A stretch of 64,000 bases of DNA, from the NCBI GenBank assembly GCA_024636855.1, contig JAGXGG010000042.1, positions 536-64,535 of the forward strand, in the 5' to 3' direction. The first letter of the stretch is position 1, and each line of letters opens with the position of its first letter. The stretch comes from Ignavibacteriota bacterium. Its GTDB lineage: Bacteria > Bacteroidota > Ignavibacteria > Kapaibacteriales > UBA2268. The notes below the pieces were generated by a model. It was given only the letters and a program-made list of their open reading frames with translations, ran no database searches and was not told where the DNA came from. Position numbers and translations under genes: made by a program. Of the stretch, positions 19,880 to 29,965 are shown piece after piece.

Positions 19880-20440
19880 CTACCCAAACATCTCGGTTTG
19901 CGAATTTCTAGTATTTCGGTTTTCTAGGGATAATAGTTTTCGTTTGGTGGGGTTGCCACCAGCATAGCCAACCATCTCTCCACTGCTGCCGATTATCCTA
20001 TGGCAAGGAATGATGATTGATATTGCATTTGCTCCGTTGGCGGTGGCGATAGCTCGGATGGCTTTTTCGTTTCCCATCTGTTTAGCAAGTCCTAAGTAGG
20101 ATTGTGTAGTTCCGTATGGTATTTTGATTAGCTGTTCCCACACGCTTTTCTGGAAATCTGTGCCGACTAACAGTAATGGTATGTCGAATGAGACTCTCTC
20201 TCCAGCAATGTATTCGGAGATTTGCTTAATGGGCTCAGCAATTATTGTCGAATTTTGCTGAACGTATTCGGCATTTAGCCCTTTTTTGATTCGGCTGTCT
20301 AAGGTGTCCCGCATTTTTCGGTATCTCCAATCGCATAGGCATAGCTCATTTTTGTACGAGCCGAGTATTAGTTCACCGAGTTCTGTTTTGTGATATTGTA
20401 TGCTGATTACATCAGTCATATTATTTATTGACCAATTCAA
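19880..20440 (-). CDS. ogt: Methylated-DNA--protein-cysteine methyltransferase
   Basis: Active-site motif IIPCHRIIGSSGEMVGYAGG. FQKSVWEQLIKIPYGTTQSY is also characteristic. The probable start is MTDV at 20419, one nt after the cyclase stop. Confidence 0.9.
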   Translation of the reverse strand: MNWSINNMTDVISIQYHKTELGELILGSYKNELCLCDWRYRKMRDTLDSRIKKGLNAEYVQQNSTIIAEPIKQISEYIAGERVSFDIPLLLVGTDFQKSVWEQLIKIPYGTTQSYLGLAKQMGNEKAIRAIATANGANAISIIIPCHRIIGSSGEMVGYAGGNPTKRKLLSLENRNTRNSQTEMFG

Positions 20441-23400
20441 CGAAGAACATTTCCATTTCGCCCTTGCCTTTTGCTTCTATTTTCCCACGTGGAGTGAATC
20501 TGAAATCGGGGTCATCTTTGACTATTTCATAAGTGACTTGGCTTATGTTAATTTGACCCGGTGCACCCGAGCTTTCCATTCTGGAAGCGGTGTTCACAGT
20601 GTCGCCCCATATATCATAAGCGAATTTTTTTATCCCAACTATTCCTGCTACTACAGGCCCTGTGTGCAGTCCTAATCGCATTTCAAATGGAATTTTCCCT
20701 TCTCGTTCTTTCTGTATTTTTCTTTCTATTATAAATTCGGACATTTCCAATGCAGCTAGTATAGTGTTTTTCACTGACCCTTCGAATGGAACAGGTAAAC
20801 CACCAGCCGCCATATAGGCGTCCCCGATTGTCTTGATTTTCTCTACATTATACTTACCACAAATAGAGTCAAAATACTTGAAACAAGTATCTATTTCCTC
20901 TACTAACTCTTTCGCTGTTAGCTTTTCTGACGCTTGTGTGAATCCCTTGAAATCAGTGAAAAGTATTGTCACCAAATCGAATTCTTTTGCATCCGAGCTA
21001 CCTTTTTCTTTCAGCTCTTCTGCTATCTCAGCAGGTAAGATGTTGAGTAATAGATTATCGGAGCGTTCTCTCTGTCTGTCCGCTTCTTTCTTCTCTTCTA
21101 CTACTTCGGCAGTTCTTATCATTACTGTTTCTTCTAGCATTTCTTTCTCTTTTTCTAGCTTAGCTAAACGCCAACGAACGAAACCATAAACCACAACAAT
21201 AGCAAGTAAGACATATATAGCATAAGCCCACCAAGTTCTATACCAAGGAGGAAGAACTTCGAATGTATAAGAAATTGGTTTTGACCAAACGCCATTTAGT
21301 CCTTGAGCCATTACTTTGAATTCATATTCACCTTCGGTTATATTACCGAAATTCGAGCTAGTTTTATGTGATACGGGACTCCAATCATCTTCGTAGCCAA
21401 CTAAGTGATGCTTGTAGTTTACTTGATTGGGTTTTCCTGTTTCTATAGCTCCGTAATCAATTGTCAAGTGGTTATTCTTATATGGTAATACTAGATTAAG
21501 AGGAATATAATAGAATGGACTTACACTGTCAAATTCTATTTTCTCGAATTTAGCTGTTAAGCTATCACGAATGGCATCCGTTAGCTCCTTGCCTAGAGTT
21601 GTTACTTCCTCAGTTATATAAGCAGGGGTGATAGTACTGTCTTTTATAGTTTTATCTCTGAAAGAATTCCAGATAATAGAATTATCGTTGACCTTTACGT
21701 TCTTCAATACTATGCTAGGGGCTGCTTTGCTTTTGTTTAATTCATTAATATCAAATCGAACTAATGCAGTTTCTTCGTTGCCAGTACCTGCCCATAGAAC
21801 CCCTCTCTTGTCCAGGAACATTCCGTTTTGCCCAGCGTTTACGTCTTTCACAGGGAAGTCAGTATTTGTGTTATAGATTTCTATGTTCTCTAATTTGGAA
21901 TAATCATCACTCGGATTAAAAATAGTTATACCGAGATTAGTACCGATAGCTAATTTACCTTCTGGGAGTTTTAGTACTTGAGTTACTAGATTATCTGCTA
22001 ATCCATCTGTAGTTGTGAATGTTTTTACTGTTGGCTCATTTGCTTTGGTGTCTAATCTATCAGTATAAACTAGGTTAAGTCCGTTTGCAGTACCTATCCA
22101 TATATTCCCATTCTCATCTTCTGATATGCTATATACATTGTCGTCTGATAGCCCTTGATTAGTGGTTAGAGTAAGGAAAGATTTTCCGTCAAATCGACTC
22201 ACTCCGCCGCCCAAAGTACCAAACCACATATTGTCCTTACTGTCTTTGAATATGCTCCATACGGAGTTGTTTGCAAGCCCATGAGCCGTTGTATAGTTTG
22301 TAAAGGAAGTGCCATCATATTTTACAACACCACCTTCATAAGTGCCGAACCAGAGATTCTGATTATTGTCTTTACGAATAGCGAATACTTGGTTGCTCGG
22401 TAGTCCTTGTGTAGTTGAGTAGCTAGTGAATGCAGCTCCGTCAAAGCTAGTAACTCCACCGCCATTAGTTCCAAACCATAGAGTACCTCGGCTGTCTTCC
22501 TCTATTGCCATAATAACTCTATCGGCTACTCCTTGTTTACTAGAGTAGTTAGTGAATTCTTTGCCATTATACTTGCTAATTCCACCACCATTTGTACCGA
22601 ACCACATATTGCCTTTTCTATCTTCGTTGATACTGAAGACTGTACTATTAGCAAGTCCGATTGACTCATCGAACTTAGTAAATGATTCGCCCTCGAACCG
22701 ACTTACTCCACCTCCGAATGTACCGAGCCATAGATTATTCCCTTTGTCTTTGGTTATAGTCCATACTCTGTCATTAGTCAGTCCTTGCTTAGTCGAAAAG
22801 CTTTTGAATTTTTTGCCATCGAATGAGCTGACTCCGTATCCATTAGTAGCAAACCAAAGTTTACCCTTTTTGTCTTCTACGATGCTCATCACTAACTTAC
22901 TAGCTAATCCATTTTCTGTTGAATAGTTTGTGAAGTCTTTGCCATCGTATTTACTAGCCCCACCTCCATAAGTCCCTAGCCAGAGATTACCCTTACTATC
23001 TTCCATTATACTTCTTATCCAATCGCTTGCTAATCCATCATCTTTGGTGAAAGTTTTAAATTTATTCCCACTATATTTGCTTAGCCCTTTACCGTTCGTA
23101 CCGAACCACATATTACCTTTGCTGTCTTCCATTATAGCCATTATGAAATTATCAGCTAGTCCATCTTCAGTACTAATAGTTTTGAATGTCTTTCCATCAT
23201 ATTTACTTACACCTCCTCCATAAGAGCCAAACCACATATTGCCCTTACTATCCTCAGTCATGCTATAAATACTGTTGTTTGCCAAGCTATCATCTGTGGT
23301 ATATGTACGGAATGTGTGACCATCAAACTTGCTCACTCCACCACCATTAGTCCCGAACCATATATTTCCCTTCGTATCGGCTAAAATACTCATTACTGAG

Positions 23401-24011
23401 TTATTAGCTAATCCCTGCGCTGTAGTGTAAGTAGTGAATGTGTATCCATCATATTTACTTACTCCTCCACCTTGCGTACCGAACCATAGATTCCCTTCAT
23501 TATCCATCACCGAGCAGCTCACACCATCTAAAGCCAAGCCATCATTTGTGGTGAAGTTTGTGAAGTGCGATATACCACCATTCCCCATAGTAAAGCTATT
23601 GCCGGACGAATCGGTAATGGCAATGCCTTTGTTATCTGTTAAAATTGGAAGTGTAGTTGTAGTAGGTGGTAATAATTCTAGGTCTATTTTTTTGTCGTTT
23701 GAGTTTATATAACTAAAATCACGTTTCTTAGTCGGTATTGCAATGGTCCTAGCTGGTGGCATCTCATTGATAATTATTGGTTTCGGTTGTAATGAATCGG
23801 ATAAATCGGAGATGTTTGTTATTATTGGGGATTCAAATTCTTGTGTAACTATTACTTCGGTTTTACTTGTATTCTCTTCACTCTTCTTACAAGAAGTAAG
23901 TATTAGAATGGCTGTGAATAATAGACCAATACGAAGAAGCATAGATTTCTCAAAAAGATAAATTGCGAATCTGTTAATACAAAGATTATAAATATACAAA
24001 ATAGATATCAA
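20421..24011 (-). CDS. Class III adenylate cyclase with periplasmic two-component-regulator-propeller repeats and Y_Y_Y domain
   Basis: The likely start is MLLRIGLLFTAILILTSC (about 23942). There are about 13 repeats of GN[LM]WFGT.GGGVSK[YF]DG..F..Y. The Y_Y_Y-like segment is YKHHLVGYEDDWSPV...GEYEFKV, followed by a TM helix and a coiled coil. The cyclase domain reads ILFTDFKGFT...EKIKTIGDAYMAAGG...FAYDIWGDTVNTASRMES. The Lys of KTIGD and the Asp of YDIWG are the adenine-specifying pair. Confidence 0.85.
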   Translation of the reverse strand: MISILYIYNLCINRFAIYLFEKSMLLRIGLLFTAILILTSCKKSEENTSKTEVIVTQEFESPIITNISDLSDSLQPKPIIINEMPPARTIAIPTKKRDFSYINSNDKKIDLELLPPTTTTLPILTDNKGIAITDSSGNSFTMGNGGISHFTNFTTNDGLALDGVSCSVMDNEGNLWFGTQGGGVSKYDGYTFTTYTTAQGLANNSVMSILADTKGNIWFGTNGGGVSKFDGHTFRTYTTDDSLANNSIYSMTEDSKGNMWFGSYGGGVSKYDGKTFKTISTEDGLADNFIMAIMEDSKGNMWFGTNGKGLSKYSGNKFKTFTKDDGLASDWIRSIMEDSKGNLWLGTYGGGASKYDGKDFTNYSTENGLASKLVMSIVEDKKGKLWFATNGYGVSSFDGKKFKSFSTKQGLTNDRVWTITKDKGNNLWLGTFGGGVSRFEGESFTKFDESIGLANSTVFSINEDRKGNMWFGTNGGGISKYNGKEFTNYSSKQGVADRVIMAIEEDSRGTLWFGTNGGGVTSFDGAAFTSYSTTQGLPSNQVFAIRKDNNQNLWFGTYEGGVVKYDGTSFTNYTTAHGLANNSVWSIFKDSKDNMWFGTLGGGVSRFDGKSFLTLTTNQGLSDDNVYSISEDENGNIWIGTANGLNLVYTDRLDTKANEPTVKTFTTTDGLADNLVTQVLKLPEGKLAIGTNLGITIFNPSDDYSKLENIEIYNTNTDFPVKDVNAGQNGMFLDKRGVLWAGTGNEETALVRFDINELNKSKAAPSIVLKNVKVNDNSIIWNSFRDKTIKDSTITPAYITEEVTTLGKELTDAIRDSLTAKFEKIEFDSVSPFYYIPLNLVLPYKNNHLTIDYGAIETGKPNQVNYKHHLVGYEDDWSPVSHKTSSNFGNITEGEYEFKVMAQGLNGVWSKPISYTFEVLPPWYRTWWAYAIYVLLAIVVVYGFVRWRLAKLEKEKEMLEETVMIRTAEVVEEKKEADRQRERSDNLLLNILPAEIAEELKEKGSSDAKEFDLVTILFTDFKGFTQASEKLTAKELVEEIDTCFKYFDSICGKYNVEKIKTIGDAYMAAGGLPVPFEGSVKNTILAALEMSEFIIERKIQKEREGKIPFEMRLGLHTGPVVAGIVGIKKFAYDIWGDTVNTASRMESSGAPGQINISQVTYEIVKDDPDFRFTPRGKIEAKGKGEMEMFFVELVNK

Positions 24012-24244
24012 CTTCGGCTTTACATTTCATCCACAAATAAAATTTAATTGATGTAAATTAATAAGCATATAATTTGTTGATGGGTCATCATATCTTCTAA
24101 TCTCACTTTCATTATCGGAAGGCTTTTTATTTTAAGCAATTAAAAGACTAGTTAACCGTTGTCAATTTATATTGAAAGTTCGCTTTTAGTTGCAAGACGG
24201 AATGGTTTCGTTCATGCTTTTTTAACAAGTATACAGGATACATT

Positions 24245-24529
24245 ATGTCAATAGATAAAGAACTAATAATTAAGCAACTACAAAAAGTAATGTCATTTAT
24301 AGGAAGTGATTTATTAGAACATATTACTGGTAGGGTTAGACGAGAGCTGAACTTAGAATTAAAGGAAGAAAATGAAATAAGAATGGTGATATTTAAATAT
24401 GCTTTATCTAATCCTAATTTTAAATTATACAATAAGCCAAACAAACCCATTCCTGACAGTGTAGGTGAACTACATTATCCCAACAACAAAAAATTTGAAA
24501 CTACGATTGAAAGAATAGAATTCGCTTAA
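24245..24529 (+). CDS. Hypothetical small protein
   Basis: 94-aa ORF with protein-like charged composition in an otherwise gene-free gap. No motif was recognised. The overlapping minus-strand ORF looks like a shadow ORF. Confidence 0.3.
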   Translation: MSIDKELIIKQLQKVMSFIGSDLLEHITGRVRRELNLELKEENEIRMVIFKYALSNPNFKLYNKPNKPIPDSVGELHYPNNKKFETTIERIEFA

Positions 24530-24571
24530 TTTCAGAATAGTTTAATTCAATTTTGGATCTATAAGTTTAGA

Positions 24572-26776
24572 TTACTTTTGTAATTTCACGAAGTACATAT
24601 CAATTTCGCCCTTTCCTTTTGCGTTGATTTTACCTCTATGTTCGAATATAAAGTCGGGATCATTTTTGAGTTGTTCGTAAGTACTATGACCTATATTTAC
24701 TTTATGTACTTCTCCAGCACTCTCCATTCTTGACGCAGTGTTAACGGTGTCACCCCATATATCGTATTGGAATTTACGGGCTCCCACAATCCCTGCCACT
24801 ACTGGCCCCGAGTAAAGTCCAACTCTCATTTCAAATACTGCTTTTCCTTCAGCTTCTCTTTCTAGTTTTCTATTGATAATAAATTGCTGCATTTCAATAC
24901 CAGCTAGGACTGTATTTTTAGTAGATAAATCATATGGGCGTGGCAATCCTCCAGCAGCCATATAAGAATCTCCAATCGTTTTTATCTTTTCAACGCGATA
25001 TTTGTCGCATATATCATCAAATTTTTCAAAACAATGATTGATTTCATTTAAGAGTTCATGAGCAGTAAGTTTTTCTGATGCTTGTGTGAATTCTTTGAAG
25101 TCGGTGAACATAATAGTGACATTTTTGAAATCCCTGGCTTCTGATTTTCCTTTTTCCTTTAGTTCATTTGCTATTTCTGCTGGCAGTATATTTAACAATA
25201 AATTTTCTGAGCGGTCTCTTTCATTCGTAATTTCGTCTTTGGTTTTACGTATGTATTTATTTCTATTATATAGACCTCCAGCAACTAGCACAAAAATCAA
25301 ACCTATTCCAAGTGCTATATTTCTTTGTTGATTCTCTTCTGATATTCTGTTTTCAAATTCTAGTTTTGTAGTTATTCGTAATTCTTCTTGTCTTAAGCTA
25401 TCAGCTAGCTTCACCTTCTGAAATTCCATTTTTTGAATATCTTTCGAAGCATCAATTGTACTCATCTTATTAGAGTAATCTATATATTTCTCATAATATA
25501 GCAGGGCTTTAGACGGTTGGGAGGTTCCTTTATACGCTTGATACAAACACTCGCAAGATAACTTTTTAGAAATAATGTCATCTGATTTCATTGCAATATC
25601 TTTTGCACGTACGCAGTATGCTAGAGCTTCACTCAATATTCCATTTTTAATTTTAGATAGACCTAAAGAACTTAAAGCAATGGATATCCCTCTTTCTTCA
25701 CCTATTTCTTCGTAGTGTTCTAAGCTCTCTTTGTAATAATAATTAGCTTTATTATGATTATTTTGCTTGTTATAAGCGTTTCCCATAGTGAGTAATGAAA
25801 ATGCAACTCCACTTTTATTTCCAATTTCCATATTCATTTCTAATGAATTTTCAATATTTTTAAATGCTTCTTTATACTTTTTCTGAGTGATTAATATTTC
25901 ACCCATTTCTACATAAGAATTTGCTAGACCACGTATGTTATTATTCTCTTTTTCTATTTTTATGCTCTTATTTAAGTACTCTTTTGCTTTATCATACTCA
26001 TTGAATTCCATATAGATAAGACCTAAGTTATGTAATGTAGAAGCTTTACCAGCTCTATCTCCAAGAATAGTTTTTATACTCAAGCTTTTATCAAAGTATT
26101 CAATTGCGTTTATATACTCAGCTTTCTCTTGATATATAAGCCCAAGATTATTATAAACAGCAGAGAGGGGTACTTTTTTATCTAATTCGACATATATTTT
26201 TAAGGCACCGTGGTAATTTTCAAGTGCTTCATTATAGTCCAATAATTCTTTATACACTGAGCCTAAATTTAGATAAGTTGATGCTAAACTAGCCTTGAAA
26301 CCAGGGTGAATTTTTTGAAGTTCTTTGTATAATAAAACAACATGCTTTAGACCTTTAAGTGCTATTTCATAGTTACCTTTGTAGTAATTTGCTATAGCAA
26401 TATACGAAAGTGATGAAGCTCTAATTGTATTGCTATTATTGTCATCACCAATTTTCAGACCAACGTTAAAGTATTCTATCGCCTTATCATAGTGACCCGA
26501 TTTTAGTTCTAGTACACCTTTTATATTTGAACTAACTGCTAAGCCAATGGCTGAATTAGTTACTTTGCTGAAATTTATGAGTTTTTCGAGATGGTATTCT
26601 ACAGAATCGGAGTTTTTATTTATATGCTGTTCAAAAATATATTTATCGTATGAAATTATACGAGCGGAATCACTAAGGGATTTATTATGCCATTTTACAA
26701 GCAGAGTATCCTTTGCCGCAAACAAATTGAGGTTAATTGAAAATGATAGGTATATTAGTATTAATAATAATTTCAT
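24572..26776 (-). CDS. Class III adenylate cyclase with periplasmic TPR-repeat sensor region
   Basis: Signal peptide, multiple TPR-like units (A..YY..AL.IY.ELGD pattern) and a TM helix. The cyclase domain reads IMFTDFKEFT...EKIKTIGDSYMAAGG...FQYDIWGDTVNTASRMES. Confidence 0.85.
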   Translation of the reverse strand: MKLLLILIYLSFSINLNLFAAKDTLLVKWHNKSLSDSARIISYDKYIFEQHINKNSDSVEYHLEKLINFSKVTNSAIGLAVSSNIKGVLELKSGHYDKAIEYFNVGLKIGDDNNSNTIRASSLSYIAIANYYKGNYEIALKGLKHVVLLYKELQKIHPGFKASLASTYLNLGSVYKELLDYNEALENYHGALKIYVELDKKVPLSAVYNNLGLIYQEKAEYINAIEYFDKSLSIKTILGDRAGKASTLHNLGLIYMEFNEYDKAKEYLNKSIKIEKENNNIRGLANSYVEMGEILITQKKYKEAFKNIENSLEMNMEIGNKSGVAFSLLTMGNAYNKQNNHNKANYYYKESLEHYEEIGEERGISIALSSLGLSKIKNGILSEALAYCVRAKDIAMKSDDIISKKLSCECLYQAYKGTSQPSKALLYYEKYIDYSNKMSTIDASKDIQKMEFQKVKLADSLRQEELRITTKLEFENRISEENQQRNIALGIGLIFVLVAGGLYNRNKYIRKTKDEITNERDRSENLLLNILPAEIANELKEKGKSEARDFKNVTIMFTDFKEFTQASEKLTAHELLNEINHCFEKFDDICDKYRVEKIKTIGDSYMAAGGLPRPYDLSTKNTVLAGIEMQQFIINRKLEREAEGKAVFEMRVGLYSGPVVAGIVGARKFQYDIWGDTVNTASRMESAGEVHKVNIGHSTYEQLKNDPDFIFEHRGKINAKGKGEIDMYFVKLQK

Positions 26777-26847
26777 AGGAAATTGTAAGTAACTTTATTA
26801 TCAATATACTAAATATTTCAATTCAATGGTTTTTTTCTGCTTTTGAT

Positions 26848-28224
26848 CTATGACTTCCTTCGTTTTATAAAATAACCACCTGCGATTAGCAATACTAGCA
26901 TCCCACTTCCCAAGAATAACAAATTTTTGACATTGTTGTTTTCTTTTAATTTCTTTTCAACTCTTGTTTTCTCCAACACTAGACTATCAGCAAGCGTTTT
27001 ATTTTCATATTCTAACTCTGCCAGCTTTTCAGTAGTTTCTTTATTGTTTATGCTATCCAGTAGTTTGTTAGATATTTCCATGTACTCTATTGCCTTCTTG
27101 TCATTTCCCTTAGTTCTGTATGATTCGTATAAACAGTCGCAAGCATCTTTTTCAATTTCGATAGCACCTATGCTATTGGAAATAGTATAACCTTTCTCAC
27201 AATTATCTATTGCTTTTCTTATTTCACTCAACTTCAAATAACATTTACCTATATTCATATAGCAAGCAGAGATATCATAACTTTGTTCTATCTCTTCATA
27301 AGATTCCAAGCTTTCGCTAAAGTACCATAGAGCTTGTTTGAAATCACCTTGATTCTTTGAGAGCTCACCTAATAAGAACATCACATTGGCAATACCTTTT
27401 ATATCATTAAGTTCTATGTGTAGTTTCAAAGCCTTATTGTAATATTCTAGTGCATCATCGTAATTATTCATACCTGCTTTTATATACCCTACATTAGAAT
27501 AAGTATCTGCCAAATAGAATTTATCTTTTAGTTTTTTTGCTATTTCTAGTGACTGATTAATATTAACTAACGCTTTTTCCATCTCTTCTAGATCATAATA
27601 AATAAGTGCTATATTCAAATGTCCATTACCTATCCCTTCTTGATAAGCTATTTCTTTTGACAGCTTTATTGTCAACTCATAGTTTTCTATTGCCTTCTTG
27701 TTGTTTCCTATGTTATCATAGATAATACCCATATTATTATATGTCTTTATTATACCTTGTTTATCATTCAACTCTTTTTGAATCTTCAAGCAACGTTCAT
27801 TGTACTCCATTGCCTTATCGTAATCGCCCAGATAAGTATACATAAAGGCTATATTCGTGAGTGAATTTGTTATTCTAACTTTGCTCTTCATTTTTTTATT
27901 TATCTCTAACCCCTTACCCAGATAATCTAATGCTTTCTTATAGTTCCCATTATAAGAGCTTAATATAGCATAGTTGTTATATGCTTCGCTCATGCCTACA
28001 TCATTCTTTTTTATTTCAGAAAATAGATAAAGTTCGTCATTCAATGATTTTGCTGAGTCAGGGCTTGTATTAATCACATTGAAAGTTATGAATTTGGCAA
28101 GAGCAATAATACGACTAGAATCTGGTTCACTTTTGTTCTCCCAAAGCGAGAATAGCGAGTCAGGGTTATTTGCGTATAATAATGATGAGACAATTATAAA
28201 AAGAATAAGGATAGCTTTTTTCAT
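26848..28224 (-). CDS. TPR-repeat protein with C-terminal transmembrane anchor (cyclase-less paralogue of the upstream sensor)
   Basis: The signal peptide and N-terminal region (SLFSLWENKSEPDSSRIIAL) parallel the neighbouring cyclase (LLVKWHNKSLSDSARIISY). The TPR units are followed by a coiled coil and a TM helix, LLFLGSGMLVLLIAGGYFI. No catalytic domain is present. Confidence 0.75.
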   Translation of the reverse strand: MKKAILILFIIVSSLLYANNPDSLFSLWENKSEPDSSRIIALAKFITFNVINTSPDSAKSLNDELYLFSEIKKNDVGMSEAYNNYAILSSYNGNYKKALDYLGKGLEINKKMKSKVRITNSLTNIAFMYTYLGDYDKAMEYNERCLKIQKELNDKQGIIKTYNNMGIIYDNIGNNKKAIENYELTIKLSKEIAYQEGIGNGHLNIALIYYDLEEMEKALVNINQSLEIAKKLKDKFYLADTYSNVGYIKAGMNNYDDALEYYNKALKLHIELNDIKGIANVMFLLGELSKNQGDFKQALWYFSESLESYEEIEQSYDISACYMNIGKCYLKLSEIRKAIDNCEKGYTISNSIGAIEIEKDACDCLYESYRTKGNDKKAIEYMEISNKLLDSINNKETTEKLAELEYENKTLADSLVLEKTRVEKKLKENNNVKNLLFLGSGMLVLLIAGGYFIKRRKS

Positions 28225-28406
28225 TCTGGTCTTAGGATTATGATAAAAGAAATTTAAATTTTAATAGACAAAGATAATAAATTATTCACAGAAGTTTAGA
28301 ATTCTATTCATAACGATTCATTTCTCATGTTAAGAAAATGCTATAGATTTAACATTAAGTGATTAAGAATAAGCAGGTAGAAAAACCGAAAATTAATTAG
28401 TTAATA

Positions 28407-29846
28407 CTACTTCTTCCAGTAAGAAGGAGCCAAAAGAATTATTACTGTCAGGACTTCCAGCCTACCTACTAACATCAAAAATGACATCAACCATTTGGAT
28501 ATATCTGGTAAAAATCCGAAATTATCAGTGGGGCCAGTAAGGTTCAAACCTGGTCCGATATTGTTGATAGCTGTAACTGCTGAACCAATTGCTGATTCCA
28601 AATCCAACCCAAATAGAATAAGCAAGTATATAGATATTCCTAATATGAACATATATAGAACAAAAAAACCAAGCACATCATGTATTACCTTGTCGTCTAT
28701 TCTTGTATCTCCAACTTTGATTGGTACTATTGCCCTTGGGTGAAGCACTTTTACGAATTGATTATAAGCGAATTTGATTAATAGGATTACTCTTATTACT
28801 TTCATACCTCCAGAAGTGGAGCCAGCCATTCCTCCTACGAACATTAGAGCAAGAGTCATAATCTGTGACGAATTAGACCAAAGTTCAAAATCGGAAGTAG
28901 CGAAACCTGTAGTAGTCATAACGGCGACTACGTGGAATAAGACGTCTCGTATTGCAGGTTCTACAGCACCTGCATATAGATGATAAACATCAGTAAATAT
29001 AACAGTAGAGGAAAACAGTATTATAAATAGATAGACTCTAAATTCTGTACTTTTATATACACTTTTTATATCACCTCGCATCCAATAATAATGTAGTGAG
29101 AAATTGGTACCAGCTATAAACATGAATATTATTATAATGTATTGCGTATATGGAGTTTCACCTGCCAAACTCAAATTCTTTGTAGAGAAACCACCTGTAG
29201 CCATAGTAGCAAATGCATGATTGAGTGAATGGAAAAAGTCCATTCCTCCTGCCATAAGCAACCCTAATTCGGTAACAGTGAGAAGCAAATAGACTCCCCA
29301 TAATAGTTTTGCAGTTTGTGTGATTCTTGGTTTCAATCTATCAGAAATAGGGCCTGGTGATTCTGCCTTGAAAAGTGACATACCACCTATACCAAGAAAA
29401 GGTAAAATAGCTATTGTCAGGACGATAATACCCATACCCCCGAACCAATGCGTTATGCTTCTCCATAGTAGGATACCTTGTGGCAGACTCTCAATTTCTG
29501 ATAAAATAGTAGAGCCGGTTGTGGTAAATCCCGACATGGATTCAAAAAAGGCATCTGAGAATGATGGTATTGCACCAGATAACATATATGGTAAGCTTCC
29601 TAGCAAAGCCATAATTATCCAGCCAAATGAGACTATGGCAAATCCATCTTTGGTTTTCAAATCAGTTTTTTTGTCATTAGTAAGAAATGCAAGGACACCA
29701 ATTCCAAAGCAAATAGCTGACGAAATCAGAAATGCCTGCGCATCACCTGAACCATAGTAATAGCAGAAGGGTAAAGGTAATAACATACCCAAACCTAGGA
29801 ATATAGAGAGAAAAGCTAATACTCTTATTACTATTTTATAATTCAT
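28407..29846 (-). CDS. trkH: Trk-type potassium uptake protein TrkH (copy 2)
   Basis: 479-aa polytopic membrane protein. The selectivity-filter-like motifs SGFTTTGST, MATGGFS, TTTGFAT and GGMAGSTSGGMK match the TrkH/KtrB family. Confidence 0.9.
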   Translation of the reverse strand: MNYKIVIRVLAFLSIFLGLGMLLPLPFCYYYGSGDAQAFLISSAICFGIGVLAFLTNDKKTDLKTKDGFAIVSFGWIIMALLGSLPYMLSGAIPSFSDAFFESMSGFTTTGSTILSEIESLPQGILLWRSITHWFGGMGIIVLTIAILPFLGIGGMSLFKAESPGPISDRLKPRITQTAKLLWGVYLLLTVTELGLLMAGGMDFFHSLNHAFATMATGGFSTKNLSLAGETPYTQYIIIIFMFIAGTNFSLHYYWMRGDIKSVYKSTEFRVYLFIILFSSTVIFTDVYHLYAGAVEPAIRDVLFHVVAVMTTTGFATSDFELWSNSSQIMTLALMFVGGMAGSTSGGMKVIRVILLIKFAYNQFVKVLHPRAIVPIKVGDTRIDDKVIHDVLGFFVLYMFILGISIYLLILFGLDLESAIGSAVTAINNIGPGLNLTGPTDNFGFLPDISKWLMSFLMLVGRLEVLTVIILLAPSYWKK

Positions 29847-29965
29847 TCAGGTGCATTATTATTTATTTGTGAAGTCAATAAAGCCTTGTTTATGTAATAT
29901 TATAATCGAGCAATATACGAAATATATAGAATAATCTTAGCTAAGAAAATATTCTTAATTATGGC

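Noticed and set aside
24148-24450. 100-aa minus-strand ORF between the two cyclase genes.
   Set aside because: The translation is low-complexity (S/L/I/F-rich). It overlaps the more protein-like plus-strand ORF 24245-24529. Neither is strongly supported.
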